DNA of 62,775 nucleotides, the filler included, from Choristocarpus tenellus KU-1152 (taxonomy: Eukaryota > Protista > Phaeophyceae), in assembly GCA_964200185.2 (NCBI GenBank). It is 11 parts of 11 records of this genome, joined end to end, with 100 filler letters (N's around TTAATTAATTAA, not from the genome) between each part and the next. Parts side by side here need not be neighbours in the genome. Positions count along the whole stretch, not along the records: positions 6,952 to 14,357 come from CAXNAD020006201.1; positions 14,458 to 18,694 come from CAXNAD020015548.1; positions 18,795 to 25,318 come from CAXNAD020007943.1; positions 25,419 to 35,802 come from CAXNAD020002957.1; 7 more parts are not named here. One strand, given 5' to 3'. This document shows positions 12,378 to 26,056 of the stretch, in pieces. A model generated the notes under the pieces. It was not told the DNA's origin. It made no database searches and saw only the letters and a program-made list of their open reading frames with translations. The first letter of the stretch is position 1. Every line of letters starts with the position of its first letter. Both the position numbers and the translations under genes were made by a program.

Positions 12378-12600
12378 GGGAGACGCACGAGAAGCTGCTC
12401 GAGTGTTATTTAGAATGCTCCGATGGGCTGAAGGAATGGAAGGTCAAGGAGCTGCTTTTGTTGTATTACCTGACTTGTTTAGTGGGCCAGAGGTAGATGA
12501 TGAGCACTTGGAAGCATTAGCAGATCGGCTTTTTAGGGCTGCCTCTGGGAGAGTGGAGGAGGTGATAAGGGGAAAACTACCATCTTTGCCGCTGGTGTAA
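12378..12600 (+). CDS. SUA5: SUA5 exon 2 (C-terminal Sua5 domain: GDAREAARVLFRMLRWAE...ALADRLFRAASG)
   Basis: ggcag acceptor in phase 2 with exon 1; A..LF..LR and A..DRL.RAA motifs; TAA stop. Confidence 0.9.
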
Positions 12601-14177
12601 ATATTTTAACATTAGATTTTTTTTCAATGCAGCATTACATTCGGTTATCACAGTAGTATGTTTTTGTTTTTGATTTTATCTCATTTTGCCATTGTGTGTG
12701 TGCGATTATTGGTCATTGGACTCCACACTATTTTTTTTTATAATTTGGAGGTAAAGTGATGTCTTTTATATGGTACCCTAGGGGTTGTTTTTGCCACACT
12801 ATGTAAGCTCCAATGCATGCAGCAGTTTCACTGAAATATATATGGAGATGGTAACACGTAAGAGGTAAAGGAAAAAGTATCTCCACTTCCTGAAGATAAT
12901 ATAAAAGCTTGCATGCTATTTCCCAACATAAATCCAGAAGGTGGGGATGGTTTCATGTCTCAAGACACATTATGCCAGCTAGATCAGTGGATGTGATCCT
13001 CTTCACTGCAGGGTAAGGTGGAGATTTGTTCTATCAATGCAGAGTGTCAGAAAATCGGAAGGAAATCTCAGAAGTCTTTCATCTTTCATGTTGTCTCCAC
13101 ACTGCAGGAAAAGAACACTCTTCTTAATGTATAGGGACACAGATGAGGTGTACTAGTCTGTTTTGCTGTTTGTTGGGTTGACATAGTAGGCAGGTTGTTA
13201 ATACATGTAATGATAAAGTGGAATCAGTAATTCCGGTTGACAGTCTGATGGTTGTGTGGTTTTGTTTAAGATACTACTTCATACAAGCTTTTGTTTTGTG
13301 GAGAATGTGCATGAAGAAGAAAATGGTTTTAAAAGATAAGAATTCAAGGTGCAGTTGATATTTCTACATGACACTGCTAAAATACAAAAATAAATACAAG
13401 CACATGCTGCTGCTCTTTCTTGTTAATTTGTTTATTTGGAATCAAATTGGAATATCTACTTTTTCAAATGTGATGCAAGACTTCCTATCTGTCCAAGCTA
13501 TAATAGCTTTGCCTGTCCTCCAAGTCCCTGTAATCCCAAAGTGTCTCCAATAGGAATAAATCCCAATGGCCGCATGAAGGGTTATCCATATCTATAACTC
13601 TGCGGCCGCATTCTCTATTGCTTCAACACATATCGTACACTGCCGTAGAAAGGAAAAGGTGGAACAACAGTTGCCATCTTGTGCCGAGCACCAAAAATAT
13701 TACTGCCTGTATGGCGGTGGGTCATCATTATTTTGATGCCTTCTGCATCACATGGTATAGTCTGCTGGGGGAAGGGAAGAGGATGTTGAATTTCGAGGCA
13801 TTGTTTGCATGTTGCGTATTTTCTTCTGTAACGCCCCCTTGCACCAACAAGAGGGGGGAAATGTAAGCAAATACAACAAGTTGTGAAATGTGTGGGTCCA
13901 CAACCTGTTCTGTGGAATGTGAGCATGTTAGTGTGATAAAGGGGCAACAGAGTGCGTTCTCTTTTGAGCTTGCCACGAGAGGGTGAGCACGTGCTAGTGT
14001 ATATTTCTTTCCCATGTATACAAGGGGACAAGCACAAAGCTTTCTGACTGAATAGCCTCCAGTGATCCTACTCACTATGCACCCTACCCAATCGTTTCCT
14101 ATGTTCTGGGAATGGATGCAGAGGAGAGGAAGAGTGTTGTATATACTGATGAGGAACAATCGCACTGCTGGAATATT

Positions 14178-14347
14178 GGCTCAAAGTATCTGGGGGTGTG
14201 TGGCAGCTGTCCAGTTGGGACCATTTTTTTCATGTCACAATTTTTGGGTGATTTGGTTGCATATGTTGGATGGATAATGTAAGTGCACAATTGCTGATTA
14301 TGGCCCAAATGGACACCTTGGTGTAGACCCCCCCCCCCCCCCCCCCA
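14178..14347 (+). mobile_element. MITE family C (~175 bp), right end decayed at contig end
   Basis: GGCTCAAAGTATCTGGGGG start; homologous to 29154-29329. Confidence 0.75.
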
Positions 14348-14457
14348 CCTTTTGTTTNNNNNNNNNNNNNNNNNNNNNNNNNNNNNNNNNNNNNNNNNNN
14401 NTTAATTAATTAANNNNNNNNNNNNNNNNNNNNNNNNNNNNNNNNNNNNNNNNNNNN

Positions 14458-14529
14458 ACCCAAAAATCGCGAAATGAAAAAATTGACCCCAAATGGACAG
14501 CCGCCACCCCCTCCCAGATAATTTGAGCC
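14458..14529 (-). mobile_element. MITE family C, partial
   Basis: ccccaaatggacagccgccaccccctcccagataatttgagcc terminus. Confidence 0.7.
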
Positions 14530-14705
14530 TTCACTGAAGTACAGCCGGACTGCGACCTACTTGCTCAGGTCTTCAAACAATAATGGTCTAACTGCTGCTA
14601 CAGCCGAGCCCCGCATGTGTAACCACTATGAGGGGTCTACGTATTTTTAGCCTTGACACCTTCACAGCAGAAAGCTTCGAATGTCTTGACACACAGGCAA
14701 AGCTA
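14530..14705 (+). mobile_element. Decayed RLE-type non-LTR retrotransposon 3' fragment
   Basis: Frameshifted SSNNNGLTAATAEPRMCNHYEGS / LDTFTAESFECL parallels the 15652 copy. Confidence 0.5.
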
Positions 14706-15139
14706 AATCTGGATTAGGTAGGGACTCATTTTATAGGGGGTAGGGGGTGGAGGGTTTCATCAGAAAGGGAAATGTAAAAATAATATTTAAGATAGATTTC
14801 TCCATTCAATTGCTGCTCAAGTGGACATCTCCAGAGGAGTTTTGAGCTTTAAATTAGAGACTCGTCTGGGTTGATAGGTTAGGAGAGGCTCCACAGTTTC
14901 AGGGGAATTATTCCCTTCACCACCCTCTTAGGTTCAGTTATTGGGAGTTGCTGCATTTCATTCCTTTCTTCTCCATAGTTTAAAATGTAAGTCCTTTGTC
15001 TATGGTTGTAGTATGTAGTAGTCTATTTTGGTTATGCTGTATTCTCTTTGGATGATTTTTCTTCTTCTTCTCTCTCTATTGTCCTAAAATTACGTTTTGT
15101 GGCCTTCTGCCCTCAATATTTTTTTTCCTACATGACAAT

Positions 15140-15393
15140 GATTCAAAGTATACAAGAGGTAACCAGATTTTTAAGGATGCTGACGATTATGTGCAAAATT
15201 TGATATTTTCAAATGAATGTGTACAGGATATTTTGAGAATTGTGTCAGAAATGTTTCAAACAATAGAGAAATAGACACTCTCAGGTCAAACTTAGAACTT
15301 CATCCGTACAAACATTGGCAAATTGCAAAAGATAGAAAAAAGATTGAAGTGCAAATCAGCCTGAACCTGGGTACCTCTCGTTCACTTTGGTTC
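15140..15393 (+). mobile_element. MITE family B
   Basis: GATTCAAAGTATACAAGAGGTAACC ... GGTACCTCTCGTTCACTTTGGTTC; flanks aat/aat. Confidence 0.8.
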
Positions 15394-15651
15394 AATCGCT
15401 GGAACATGTTAGTTGGCATAATAGCATACATTACACTGGGGTTCCTGATAAAATATGGTAATGGTGTGCCAAATGGGGCGAACTACCTTATATCTGGGCC
15501 CCACCTTAGACCCATACAGTTAGTAACCGCTTATATGTTTATTTCTTACTTTGGTTCAGGACAGTTTAGCACTTAATTATTTATTATTTTTCCCTCCGAA
15601 ATTTTTCCATATATGTTAGTTGTATCACGAGGACCCCTGTAAGAAAAAACG

Positions 15652-16030
15652 TTGTTTTCATCCATGGTGAAATGCCTACACTTACTCCGCAGGGGAATGG
15701 CCATCCCTTGCACAATGGAAGATGACAACCCACTCACACTGGACAGGAACTCCCACATGGATGCGGTGTTCCGTACTGGGGCACTCTCAGATGATGGCTC
15801 GGTTTCCTACCTGGACAAACGCCTCCTTCTTGATGTTACTTTTGGACAAGTTCAAGCAGCCTGTCGTCAACCCCACTCATCCACTGGCAATAGTATAGCA
15901 GCTGCAGCGGCAGCCAAGGCACGAAGGTGCACCTGCTACGAGGGATCTTTTGACCCTCTTAACCTCAACACTTTCAAAGTGGAAAGTTTTGGGCACCTTG
16001 GAAGGCAAGTAGAAAGTTTCTTGGGCGAAC
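15652..16030 (+). mobile_element. Non-LTR retrotransposon (CRE/R2-like) restriction-like endonuclease domain remnant
   Basis: HMDAVF...LLLDVTF...AAAAKARR...YEGSFD...FKVESFGHLG fits the PD-(D/E)xK RLE pattern (.D...DVT...AE..K...Y...VE.FG..G). Confidence 0.7.
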
Positions 16031-16171
16031 ATAGTTACCAAACTTCGCTGGGGCATGTTGTATTGTTTGTTTTAAAAGAAGACAAATACTATTTACAGAG
16101 GTGTCTTTCGTTTAGGCGACAACTGTTATTTTTACAGAAGTCATTGTGATACATTTATAGTTTACCCTGAC

Positions 16172-16268
16172 ACATCTGCAAAATGTGAGAGGGCATAGTA
16201 ATATATATATATATACAGGTACACCATTAACATATACATTGCTATGCCCTCTCACATTTTGCAGATGT
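16172..16268. other. Long stem-loop (37-bp arms, 2 mismatches); pre-miRNA-like or foldback
   Basis: acatctgcaaaatgtgagagggcatagtaatatatat ... atatacattgctatgccctctcacattttgcagatgt. Confidence 0.85.
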
Positions 16269-17584
16269 AATCAATGCATCCATAAAATATGTGACCTCCC
16301 TATGCACACAGATCATTTTAGTAATGCTATAGTAGTACTCTTGTGTGTTATTCGGGTTCGTATGTCCTGATTTCGTTTGAAGACTCACACTTGCAGGAGA
16401 TGCTCGACTTCACACAGAAAGGCACAGGAGGGCAAATAGGTTACCTTGGTAGTACCCGATACGAAAAAACTGAACAGACAACGATAGCTGTGCTGTATTG
16501 TACAGTGAACCCAGGAAAACAAATTCAAGGAACGAAAAACGGTGCCGATAATTATTTTTTGAAGCAGTAGTACAAAAAACGGTGGAGGAAGCAATACTAC
16601 TGTGTATTGTACACTCAAATCCGAAAGGCAAACTAAAACAAACCAACCTGACGATTCCAAAAACTTGTCTTCAGTAACCTGCTGGAGGGTCGTCACCTAA
16701 ACAAAACTCAGAGAACATGTCCACCCGGATAACATGTAAAACTAGTACTACGACTGTGCCTGTAGTTGGACCGTACAACCAGTAGCGAATACTATTACTG
16801 CAGAGCTACATTACACTAACCCTAACTTCTGCAGGAAGTTCCCTGCATCTATATTGCCACTCGATTCCGTGTAGATATCTAGGAGTCAAAAAAAGGGGAA
16901 CAGCATTCAGTGATTGATAAAAGGGAAGAAAACCAGAGGTACAGGACGAGGAGGGGAGACCGAGGCAACCTCCGAGCAAGCTCTCGCCGGAGTGGATCAA
17001 GACAGAACCCGAACAATCTTTCCGACAGCTGGAAGGGAGAAAGGTCCGAGGGGAGGGGCGGGGATGCTTGAGAAGAGGATACGGAAATGGTAAGAAAAGG
17101 TCGACACAAGGTAAGGGGGTTGGTGACTGAGACGATGAAAAACATTGTAGATAGGTGTAGGATAGGTATGGAATACGGGTAATGAAGTGGGTAGATTCCG
17201 ACCTAATACAAGGGGTATCGAGGGAAATCCATAGGACAAGAAATTACGAAAGACTGACCATGATGTTATGGTGGAGTGAAACAAGGTTAGACGTGTAAAT
17301 GATGAATCGGTCGATTCCCACGGTAGTGGCCCTGATAGAGATGGGAGTACATGCTAACTCGTTAAATTATAAATGCTGATATTTTAGGTTATTACGCCGA
17401 GTAGAAAGGGAAAGAGTTGAGGGCCCTGCCAGAGTGACAGCCTAAGAGATTGACGGAAAATAGGAGCAGAGTGCACCGGTTATGTCACAAACATGGTTAT
17501 CCCATGGAGATCACGATAAAAATGGGAAAGTTAATGGGTCAGGGTAGGAGTAGTGTACCTGCGCTAATCTTGTGTAGTAAGTGC

Positions 17585-17716
17585 AGTTTAGATATCGTTC
17601 GAAAGTTTGGGCCAGGATAGATGCTACGTTTGTTTCAATCGGTGGGATAGCGAGTTTAGATATCGTTCGAAAGATAGGGCCGGGATTGATGCTAGGTTTA
17701 TTTCGATCGGTGGGAT
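17585..17716. repeat. Tandem duplication, 68-bp period
   Basis: agtttagatatcgttcgaaag...tcggtgggat occurs twice. Confidence 0.85.
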
Positions 17717-19059
17717 TGCATGAATTTGTCTTTCCAATGCTTACATCATTCAACCAAAAATTCATACGGCAAAAGAAAAATCGAATGCATGGGCTCACTG
17801 TAGGATGATGTAGAGGGGACCATTTTGTTTAAGGGTAACGCGTGGAAGTTACGAGGTAGGGATGGGACGTTTACTAAGCACAGGCAGGCACCCTGTGAAT
17901 CGGTGGTTATGTCATGATGAATAGCCATAGAATCTATGGGATATAGCTACAAACTGGGAAATAAAATGGCATAGAAAACAAGTAAGAAAACGTACATAGG
18001 GATTCTAGAAGTATCGAATGAGGCTACAGGGTAGGTGGGGTCACAGATATGAAATTAAGTACACATAATGGCAGAGTCCTGGATGGATATGGAGTAGGTG
18101 GGAATTCTAGGGAGAGTGCATGTCTCGAAAGTAAGAAGCGGGGATTGGCAGTAGATGTAAAAAAACCCAACTGAGATGCAATAGTTGAAAGAAAAATGGA
18201 CTGGGCAAGAACATTAAGAAAAAAAATGCAGATAAAGGGCATACTAATATAAACAGGAGGGTAGGGAAATGAATAGCTATACTTCCTACACCACCCTGTG
18301 GACAAGTTGTGGGATAACTGTGTAAAAAAAAGAAAAAGAGCTACAGTTAAAGATGAGAGGTTACATCTGAGGGCCTTACTTCGCTAATCCTAAATACATA
18401 ATGGAACTATGAAGATCTCCCACCCAAGTCAACTCACAAGCAGCTACTACTGATCCAGGTCAATAATGCACAGTACACATTTTTAGTCCTTACGGAACCC
18501 ATCCAGACTAGTCCCTACCAGATTACGCAAGGAATAATGAGGAGGGTGCATGAACAATGTTTGAGTAATGGATTGATCCCTGACGAGGGGGGGGAAGGTG
18601 GACATGAGTATACGGGTATAACACAGATGTTGGATGGAGGTGATTTCCAACAGCCTGTCAAGGTAAGAGGAGTTCAAGAACATGCGGGGGGGGGNNNNNN
18701 NNNNNNNNNNNNNNNNNNNNNNNNNNNNNNNNNNNNNNTTAATTAATTAANNNNNNNNNNNNNNNNNNNNNNNNNNNNNNNNNNNNNNNNNNNNAAAAAA
18801 GTAAAAATCTAAAAAAGGGTGAAAAACGGACGCGGAGCCCCCCCCCCTAGATACTTTGACCCTTTGTGACAGGCTGAATCATGGGGAAGTGAAAGCTTGG
18901 AAACAATGTGAGTAAGGGACTGAATTTGTGAAGGAGGAAGACACAAAGGTTGAGTTGCTAGCCCAGTCAAAAAATTCTCCCCAATGAAAAGGCTGAAGGT
19001 GAAGATGACCGAGGAAGATGAAGAGAGCAAGTTGAGGGAGGATAACGTCATTGCCAGCC

Positions 19060-19580
19060 CTGGGACTAAGGATTAACTTTTTTTCAAGTGTTAAGAGTTT
19101 GAGGAGTATGTAGAAGAAGATCATCAAGAGCAGAAGGATGGAGAAATAGCATCCTGTGTAGAGAACTGAAGAATTAATGAGTCTACGTGAGCACAAAACA
19201 CTTAAGCGCTGAAATTCCTATGTGACAAAAAACGTCTATGAACAAGTTCTGGAAGGCCAGTCCCACACAGTAACATATAGGGATACCTGCAATTTAGTGT
19301 CTGCCATTAGCATATTGCACCAAATGTCTATGGTCTCTTTGCTTTTCATCCCTTGACCCCAAATACTTTGAGGTGATTCACTGTTTACACCAACAGTCAA
19401 TGCTATATTTCTCGATTCCTGTCACACTCCTAACAGCACAACCTATACCCATGCAGGCATCGTAACATACGCTCTCTACCAGCAAATGCTTCATCCAGTA
19501 AAGGTTTGAAATATGGATACGTTTTCCCAGGAATGTGTAATTTCTACCTCATTTCAACCATCTCAAAAAACCCTGTAATT
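19060..19580. repeat. Old dispersed repeat, related to ~36146-36720
   Basis: Shared blocks gggactaagg..., tcctgt..cactcc.aacagcac.acct. Confidence 0.45.
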
Positions 19581-19587
19581 GATTCAT

Positions 19588-19839
19588 GAGTCAATGTATC
19601 TGAGAGGGTAAACCTGCATCCATTTGGAGATCAAAATTCATTGTTGTGATTTTGATGTAATTTTGGCTATCGTGTTTGTTAAGACGTGTCGATATCCTTA
19701 TTCTAGACACACCTTTTCTAATTTTATACACTACTCTGAAACATTTCGGGGTAGGAAAATGTTATAAAAAAACTGTGGGAAGTCAAGCCGCAAATGGACA
19801 AATATGGGAAAACTCGTACCCTCTGAGATACTTTCACCC
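19588..19839 (-). mobile_element. MITE family A
   Basis: TIRs present; 4-bp TSD tcat/tcat. Confidence 0.85.
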
Positions 19840-20689
19840 TCATACCCTGTGTTACTTATCAATAAAATTTCAACCATACCACCAGGTACATGTGTCCCTT
19901 CCCTTTCACTTCTATATATTTATCCGTTTTGGACAAGAACTATTCGAGTTTCGGCCATATGCCCACATACCAGTTCCTTTCGTAACGATAATCAGAATTG
20001 AATGGTATGCCGACTCACTAAGCTCATGTTCAGAGCAAAGTCTTTTGTTGTCTTCACCGACTGCCTCATTGAAATTGTAGTATTTTGGAGTACATAGAAA
20101 ATGCCTTATGGAAATGATTATATTACACCTACTCACATGTTGGATGCTGTTAATGGTCTTGAATTTATAGTTGATGCATTTTTGTATTGTAATCACCTTC
20201 TTTCGTAACACTCACAGTTATTCTTGATGCATACTTCGAAGTATGTATATACATAGTATTTTCGATACTTTAGGCCGGGACTATCCCTGCCTGCGATCAT
20301 AGGCATTACAAACCCCAAAACTTCTGACACTACTTACTATGCTCAAAAGGGGAAGCTTATGAAGTAATCTGAGTTTTGCGGACAGGAGAATTCTGTAAGG
20401 AACGATGAATGGGGATTGAAATACTGATTAGGGCAGAGAAAATAATGAGAAGGTGGACAAAGATTGAAGTGCTGGGTGACTAGGAGGCAGAAGAAGGTAG
20501 GAGAGAAGTTAAAAGGAATGGGTGGTAGGTGGAAGCATGAGGTGGGAAGGGATGGATTAGAACATAAGGAAGACTTGAGGTTGGTGGGATGAGACAAGCA
20601 GGCTAGAACAAGGCAACCCCCAAGCAATCTTTCCAGCTCATTCACCCTTTTGATTGATCAAGACCGACTGGGATGCTGGGGAACAGGGG

Positions 20690-21095
20690 AGAGGTCAAGT
20701 GTGGGCGGGGTAGATGTCTTCTAGTTCAAAGGCATGGTATTGAAGTGGATGACAAAGGTGTGTTCTTGGATTATGGTGGAGTGGTGTTGAATTGTGGGGT
20801 GGAGGGGAAAGTGGTAGAAAGTGTCATGGGGTTGAATGGTGGAGTGGACTGGAAAGTTGTGGTGACTGGAAATCAGTGGCAAAGGGGTCGCACTGATTGG
20901 TCATCGAATGTGGTTGGAGACTGGAAATGAGTGGTGAAGGGACTCGCACTGGTTGGTCACGGGATCGGATGGTGCCAGGAAGTCGGTGACGGAGGGACTG
21001 CACTGGTTGGTCGCAAGTGGTGTTACAGTGGGGGGGTTGAATAGGCGGAACGTGAATAAAAGAACAATTCATAATTGTCCAGAATTCGTGTGCAA
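20690..21095. repeat. Dispersed repeat with internal ~57-bp tandem units; second copy ~33855-34155
   Basis: gaggtcaa..gggcggggtagatgtcttctag.tcaaaggcatggtat ... ccagaattcgtg.gcaaa shared by both loci. Confidence 0.75.
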
Positions 21096-22199
21096 AGCAA
21101 AGTGTTCTGTGACTTATTGTGCCACCTCTGTTTCGTACCTTGAATCTTGTGGGTGGAGTTTAGTCATCCCAAGTCTTACAGCTCTACCTCCTCAATCGAG
21201 TCATATTGTGCTAGACCCTACTCAATGGCACTTGGAAATGAGGCTTTGTTATCTGGTTTTGGTTTTCAACTTTTTGTTGTACTTCGAAGTATACCAATAT
21301 ATAGGAATGTTTCTCACGTAGGTGTATAGCCCATTGCGCATGCCACGATAACTTTTGATAATCAAAAACCAGGTTTCCCTAGAAAGAAATCCGGTATCAA
21401 CAAGAAGATTTCAACCCTCGAACTTGATGAGGTAATCACTATCCAACATCACTTTATAATAGAATGAGAAGCTGGCTCAATGAAGCGTTTGGTGAGAACA
21501 GGTGCAAGGCTACTGTGAACTGCAATTTCCTCCTGATCTTCATGTCCTTCTTCTTGCCACTGAGTGGGGATGAGGGGTAACTAAGTTGTTCATCCCCTGG
21601 ATGGAGGATGGAATTTGACCTACGTTTAAGCTTTAGAAGTGAATTTAGTGTCCTAATATTTCTACATCTCATTAACAGTACATATTAGAAGTAATAGTGG
21701 TTGCAGTAGTAGAAGATCTCAAGTTTTTTTCTCAAATTATTGATTATTGGCTCCAGCTTCTTCAGATGATATGCGAATCAAATCAAGTACGTTTTTTTAT
21801 TGTAAGAGATTTTTGTTGCAGGTGATTGGAGTCGTTAGATGAGGTTTTTCAGGAGGTGGAATGATCGTTTTGTGGAATATTGTACATCCTCTAGTACAAT
21901 GACGGCATCAGAGGAGAGATATGTTCAGTTAGGGTACAACTATATTTTGAACATTAAAATTGGAATTAATTATCGAGTTGTTTTGGTCCTGAAACTTGGA
22001 CGAGTTTAGGAACGGGGTTAGGGGTTTATCTTTTCCGGAACTGGTTTGGGATGAATTGTGGTCGAAGGGTGGAAGAGGATACAGAATATGGTCCATGTGC
22101 TTTTCCCACACAACAAAATGGATCATTTCTTCAGCACCAGCTGTGCACACGTACCTCGATATTGTACAAAAATAGCACACACAAAAACTTCTTGTAGTC

Positions 22200-22800
22200 A
22201 AAAGGAAAATTATTGTCGTATAATTCTATTTCCTCTGTCAGCATTATCAGTTTTAACAGTTTGTGGGGAGGGAGGTTGGAAATACTGCGTCGGAAAGCAT
22301 TTGCGGTTTCGCAACTGGATGCGAAGAACAGGTATGGGCTAAGTCAGATTTCGCTGAGATATTAAGATAACCTTATAATGATAAATTTTTGCAAGACCCC
22401 CTCAAAACACCATACAATTCTGATACCATCTTGTTCTGCATGTTTAGACGACCCGATAGATTGGTCGAAAAATGGTACTGAACAGAGGGAATACAACTGA
22501 AACATAGCAAGAAAGCAGAAAAATAGAAAAAAATACATAATCCAAATTTCTTGGGAGTAATTTTGAACAATTGTAGTAGTGTCCGCTTCAGCCTTGTCAT
22601 TATCCCAACCCGTCGTCAGAGATTCAACACAATCCACGTATTCTCATACTATCCACTGACTATCTGTTGCACTACAACTGATTGCGAGTCTAATTGAGAG
22701 GTAGACAAAATTGCATTTTGAGGATCCAATAAAAGGGGAAATAAATCGTAATTCTGAATAATAGTTGCAGAAAGAGTCTTTTCTGAATTGTAATGTAGCT
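22200..22800 (-). pseudogene. Highly decayed PIF/Harbinger-like DDE transposase
   Basis: FIGSSKC.., TGWDNDK.., KHAEQDGIRIVWCFEGVLQKF resemble GSIDC / GS.NDI / QE..RK.VE.AFGVLQ..F; many stops. Confidence 0.4.
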
Positions 22801-23479
22801 TTGGTCGTGGAAAAGGGGGATGTCAGCTTTGCGCACACTATTGTGGGCAGAAAGCAATGATAAATAGAGTTCAGTGCACTGAGTAAGAAAGATGACGTAG
22901 AATGCAATAGAGTCCAAAGCCGACTATATCTCAATTGGTTTGGCTCTGTGCTACGTCTGTTTGTGTCTTCCTTCTGATGTGTATGGTTCAGCCACCCCAC
23001 TGGTCGTAACTCCACCTCCTCCCACAAACTTTTTGCTGAATCGCCATGGCATAGCTCAGCAATTAAGGGTTTGTCACCTCATTTTAGTGTCTCCCACTTT
23101 TTCGCGATATGGTAGAAACCTACAGGACACTATAGGTGCCCAATCTATTCTTCTTGCCACATGGACTATGGATCATAAAAGCAAGGTTTTCATTGAAAGA
23201 AGTCTGGAGTTGAAAAGGTTCTAGCCCGCAAAGTTGATAGAGGATCACTGCCCATTCTACCACTGAACTAGGAAGGCTCTATGAAGGGTAAGCCAAGAAA
23301 ACCCATGCATGACGCACTAGTACCCAATACCTGGGTCCTGCTATGGGATCAAGGGGGAAGGAAAACTAGTCCGAACCCCAATTACAACATGTCACACACA
23401 GAAAAAGAGGAAGACAAGAATGTCGAGAAAAAAAACATTCATCAGGCAGTGGTAAGTATTCGAATGTGCCCTGATCTTT

Positions 23480-24600
23480 ATTGGAGTACCTTACCACCTG
23501 CTGTCATAGCATGATGCTGTAAGTCACCTAGCATCTCAGGTTCTCTGGCATTTCACTTAACATAAAGCTCTTTGTTCTATCAACCACATACTCGCAATAC
23601 CTGCCTGTGTTGATTTGTTACCCTTGTACTCTATTCCTCAACCATGATCCCGAACTCATCAAGATCATCTTGCGGGCATATCAATCAGTTCTTCTGTCCG
23701 CCTTGCTTTCGCTTTTCATCTGCAAGTTCCCCAAACATCAATGTTACCTCTGGGAGGTACTACCATGCACGTGAGAGTCACCCCTGCTTGGGGGGGGAGG
23801 GAGGGGGAGCCACGCCCTCATGTTTCCATCTGCTTTTGTGGCACATTGACCGACCGACTTATAATTTTGTGTGCGAGGTGAAGGATGACAGGTGGAAGTT
23901 AGGGCACTTGAACAGGCACAATCACGGTGTGATTCCTGCACGTATTCCTACCTTACTTAAGAAAGTGGGTGGTTTCCCAAACACGGCCAGCTCCCACATG
24001 CATGGCAGTTGCTCATTCCTTATGCATGCAACCCACCTAGCGAACAAGAAGCATTCGTTTTTGCGCAGTAGCGTCCGCACTGTCACAATCCAGGTTAAAT
24101 ATGGGATCTTTCTGGAATATAGTGTGATTGGTGCAGCCCCATTTGCAAGTCCAGTGCAGCATAGGAGGAATTTGTGAAGATGAGATCAATGTTTGAATTA
24201 ATGGACCTGCCGGAGCGTCCATGTCACACTACTACCTCAAGGGCTACAGCCTTAAGCAGTTCAAATCTTAAGCTCGAGTGATACACCCGAGGTACCAAAA
24301 AAGCACCTTGGCTGTCTTAGAAAAAACAGCTCAAGGCTGTTTGAACCCATCTGCTGATCTCAGCAATGATATCGGTGTCATCACCAACTGTGCTTCCATG
24401 GTAAAACAAATTTGCTAGTCTGCTTGTAGCTCTGGTCTCAAGCCTGGATCAGTGCAATGTCTGTGGCCTTGTTGGGAGGTCTATGACACATGGTTTATTT
24501 CCTCAACTCAGACATGACCAGCCCGAATATCCCAGCCAACTTCACAGTCGATGCCATTATCCTGGTCGGTGATGTATATTGCTAGAATGTAAACCATCAA
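23480..24600 (-). mobile_element. Decayed Ty1/Copia RT-RNase H remnant
   Basis: IEYKGNKST...RTKSFYVK resembles the Copia RNase H end (EDNQS...RTKHIDVK); heavily degraded. Confidence 0.35.
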
Positions 24601-24671
24601 TTGTTTAATTGGTGTTCTGTCCATTGCTATTGAGAAGCGAATGAACATTATTATTGTAGTTTGTGCAATCT

Positions 24672-24927
24672 GAGCGAAAGTATCTTAGAGGGTACGAGTT
24701 TTGCCCTGTTTATCCATTTGGAGCTTGGCTTCCCACGGGTTTATTATGACACTTTACCTACTCCGAAATGTTTCGGAGCAGGTAAATGTGTACGTTATGA
24801 AAAGGTGTCCGGAACAAGGATACGGACACTTCCTAACAAACACAATAGCCAAAATTACATCAAAATCGCAACATTGGATTTTACCCCCCAAGCGGACACG
24901 GCTCTACCCTCAAAGATACTTTGACTC
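24672..24927 (+). mobile_element. MITE family A
   Basis: TIRs present; flanks tct/tct. Confidence 0.88.
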
Positions 24928-25418
24928 TCTTGTGCTCTACAAGATTGAAGGGTATATGATGAACTGAATGCTGAGCGGAGTAAGGCTTTCAAAATCATTT
25001 TACGGACCTCCTTGGGGTGGGATGGAGTGCAGTGATTTTTTGGGGATTCTTGCCAAAAAAGAGGGGTGTTCGGAGCAGTGTGTATCACGAAGGCCTCATA
25101 CAAAAACACACACACATACCAGCAGTGTGTGACACGAAGTTCTCATACACACACGCACACATATATCAGCAGTGAGATGAATTAGGTGTTGTGAGTCATA
25201 CAAATTGAGAGGTATAGACACTTAGTTTTTTATTTTATGCCATTTTTCAGTCCCTAACCAATACGCCCTGCTTTTTACGCGTTTCAAAATGAAGCGTACG
25301 GGACGAAAATTGTGAGCANNNNNNNNNNNNNNNNNNNNNNNNNNNNNNNNNNNNNNNNNNNNTTAATTAATTAANNNNNNNNNNNNNNNNNNNNNNNNNN
25401 NNNNNNNNNNNNNNNNNN

Positions 25419-25524
25419 CCCCCCCAAATGTGCAACCAAACCCCCCAAAAATGGCCACATAGAAAAAGGGGCCCTAAATGGACAGTTGCCCCCCCCCCCC
25501 CCCCCCCCCCAGATATTTTGAGTC
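25419..25524 (-). mobile_element. MITE family C, partial
   Basis: aaatggacagttgcc-polyC-agatattttgagtc terminus. Confidence 0.7.
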
Positions 25525-26056
25525 TGCTACGATCGTTCCTCACCATCAGGTGGACAATTGGGCAATACCCATACACTTGACAAACCACAAGATCGTTACA
25601 CTAAAGACATTTGTGGTTGGTGTCACCATTGTGAGCTTTGTCTGAAACTTTGGCTCATTGTGGGGCACAAACAAATTGCAGTTGACCTGGTTCAGTAACT
25701 ATGTCTAGAGAGTTTCATTATGTTATGTCTGTCATTTATAAACTGAGTAGATTTGCCACACTAGTCCCAGTTGTTGACAAAAAAAGAGTTCGCCATCACT
25801 CAAGTTATAGTTGAGAAATTATTTTTCGTTTTTGGTTCACCTGAAATTTCACATTAACATTAGGGCTCTGATTTTGAGAACCTTGTTGCATAATTACAAT
25901 CTAGTTTTTGGTCACCACAAGACATGAAAGACCCCTTACAGGCCACAAGACGCAATTAAATCCTGGAATGCATTCATCCCACGTTTGATAGTTATGGCTC
26001 GGTGTATCTCGACATTCAGAGAGTAATAGCTGGGCTTCACTTTTGCCATATTTACA

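Noticed and set aside
13500-14170. Cys-rich fragments (CEMCGSTTCSVECEH)
   Set aside because: No sustained frame or recognisable domain
24661-24967. Recurrent SESILEGTSFALF-type ORFs (also at 1722, 27115, 33344, 52940)
   Set aside because: Chance translations of MITE family A; frames are not conserved between copies
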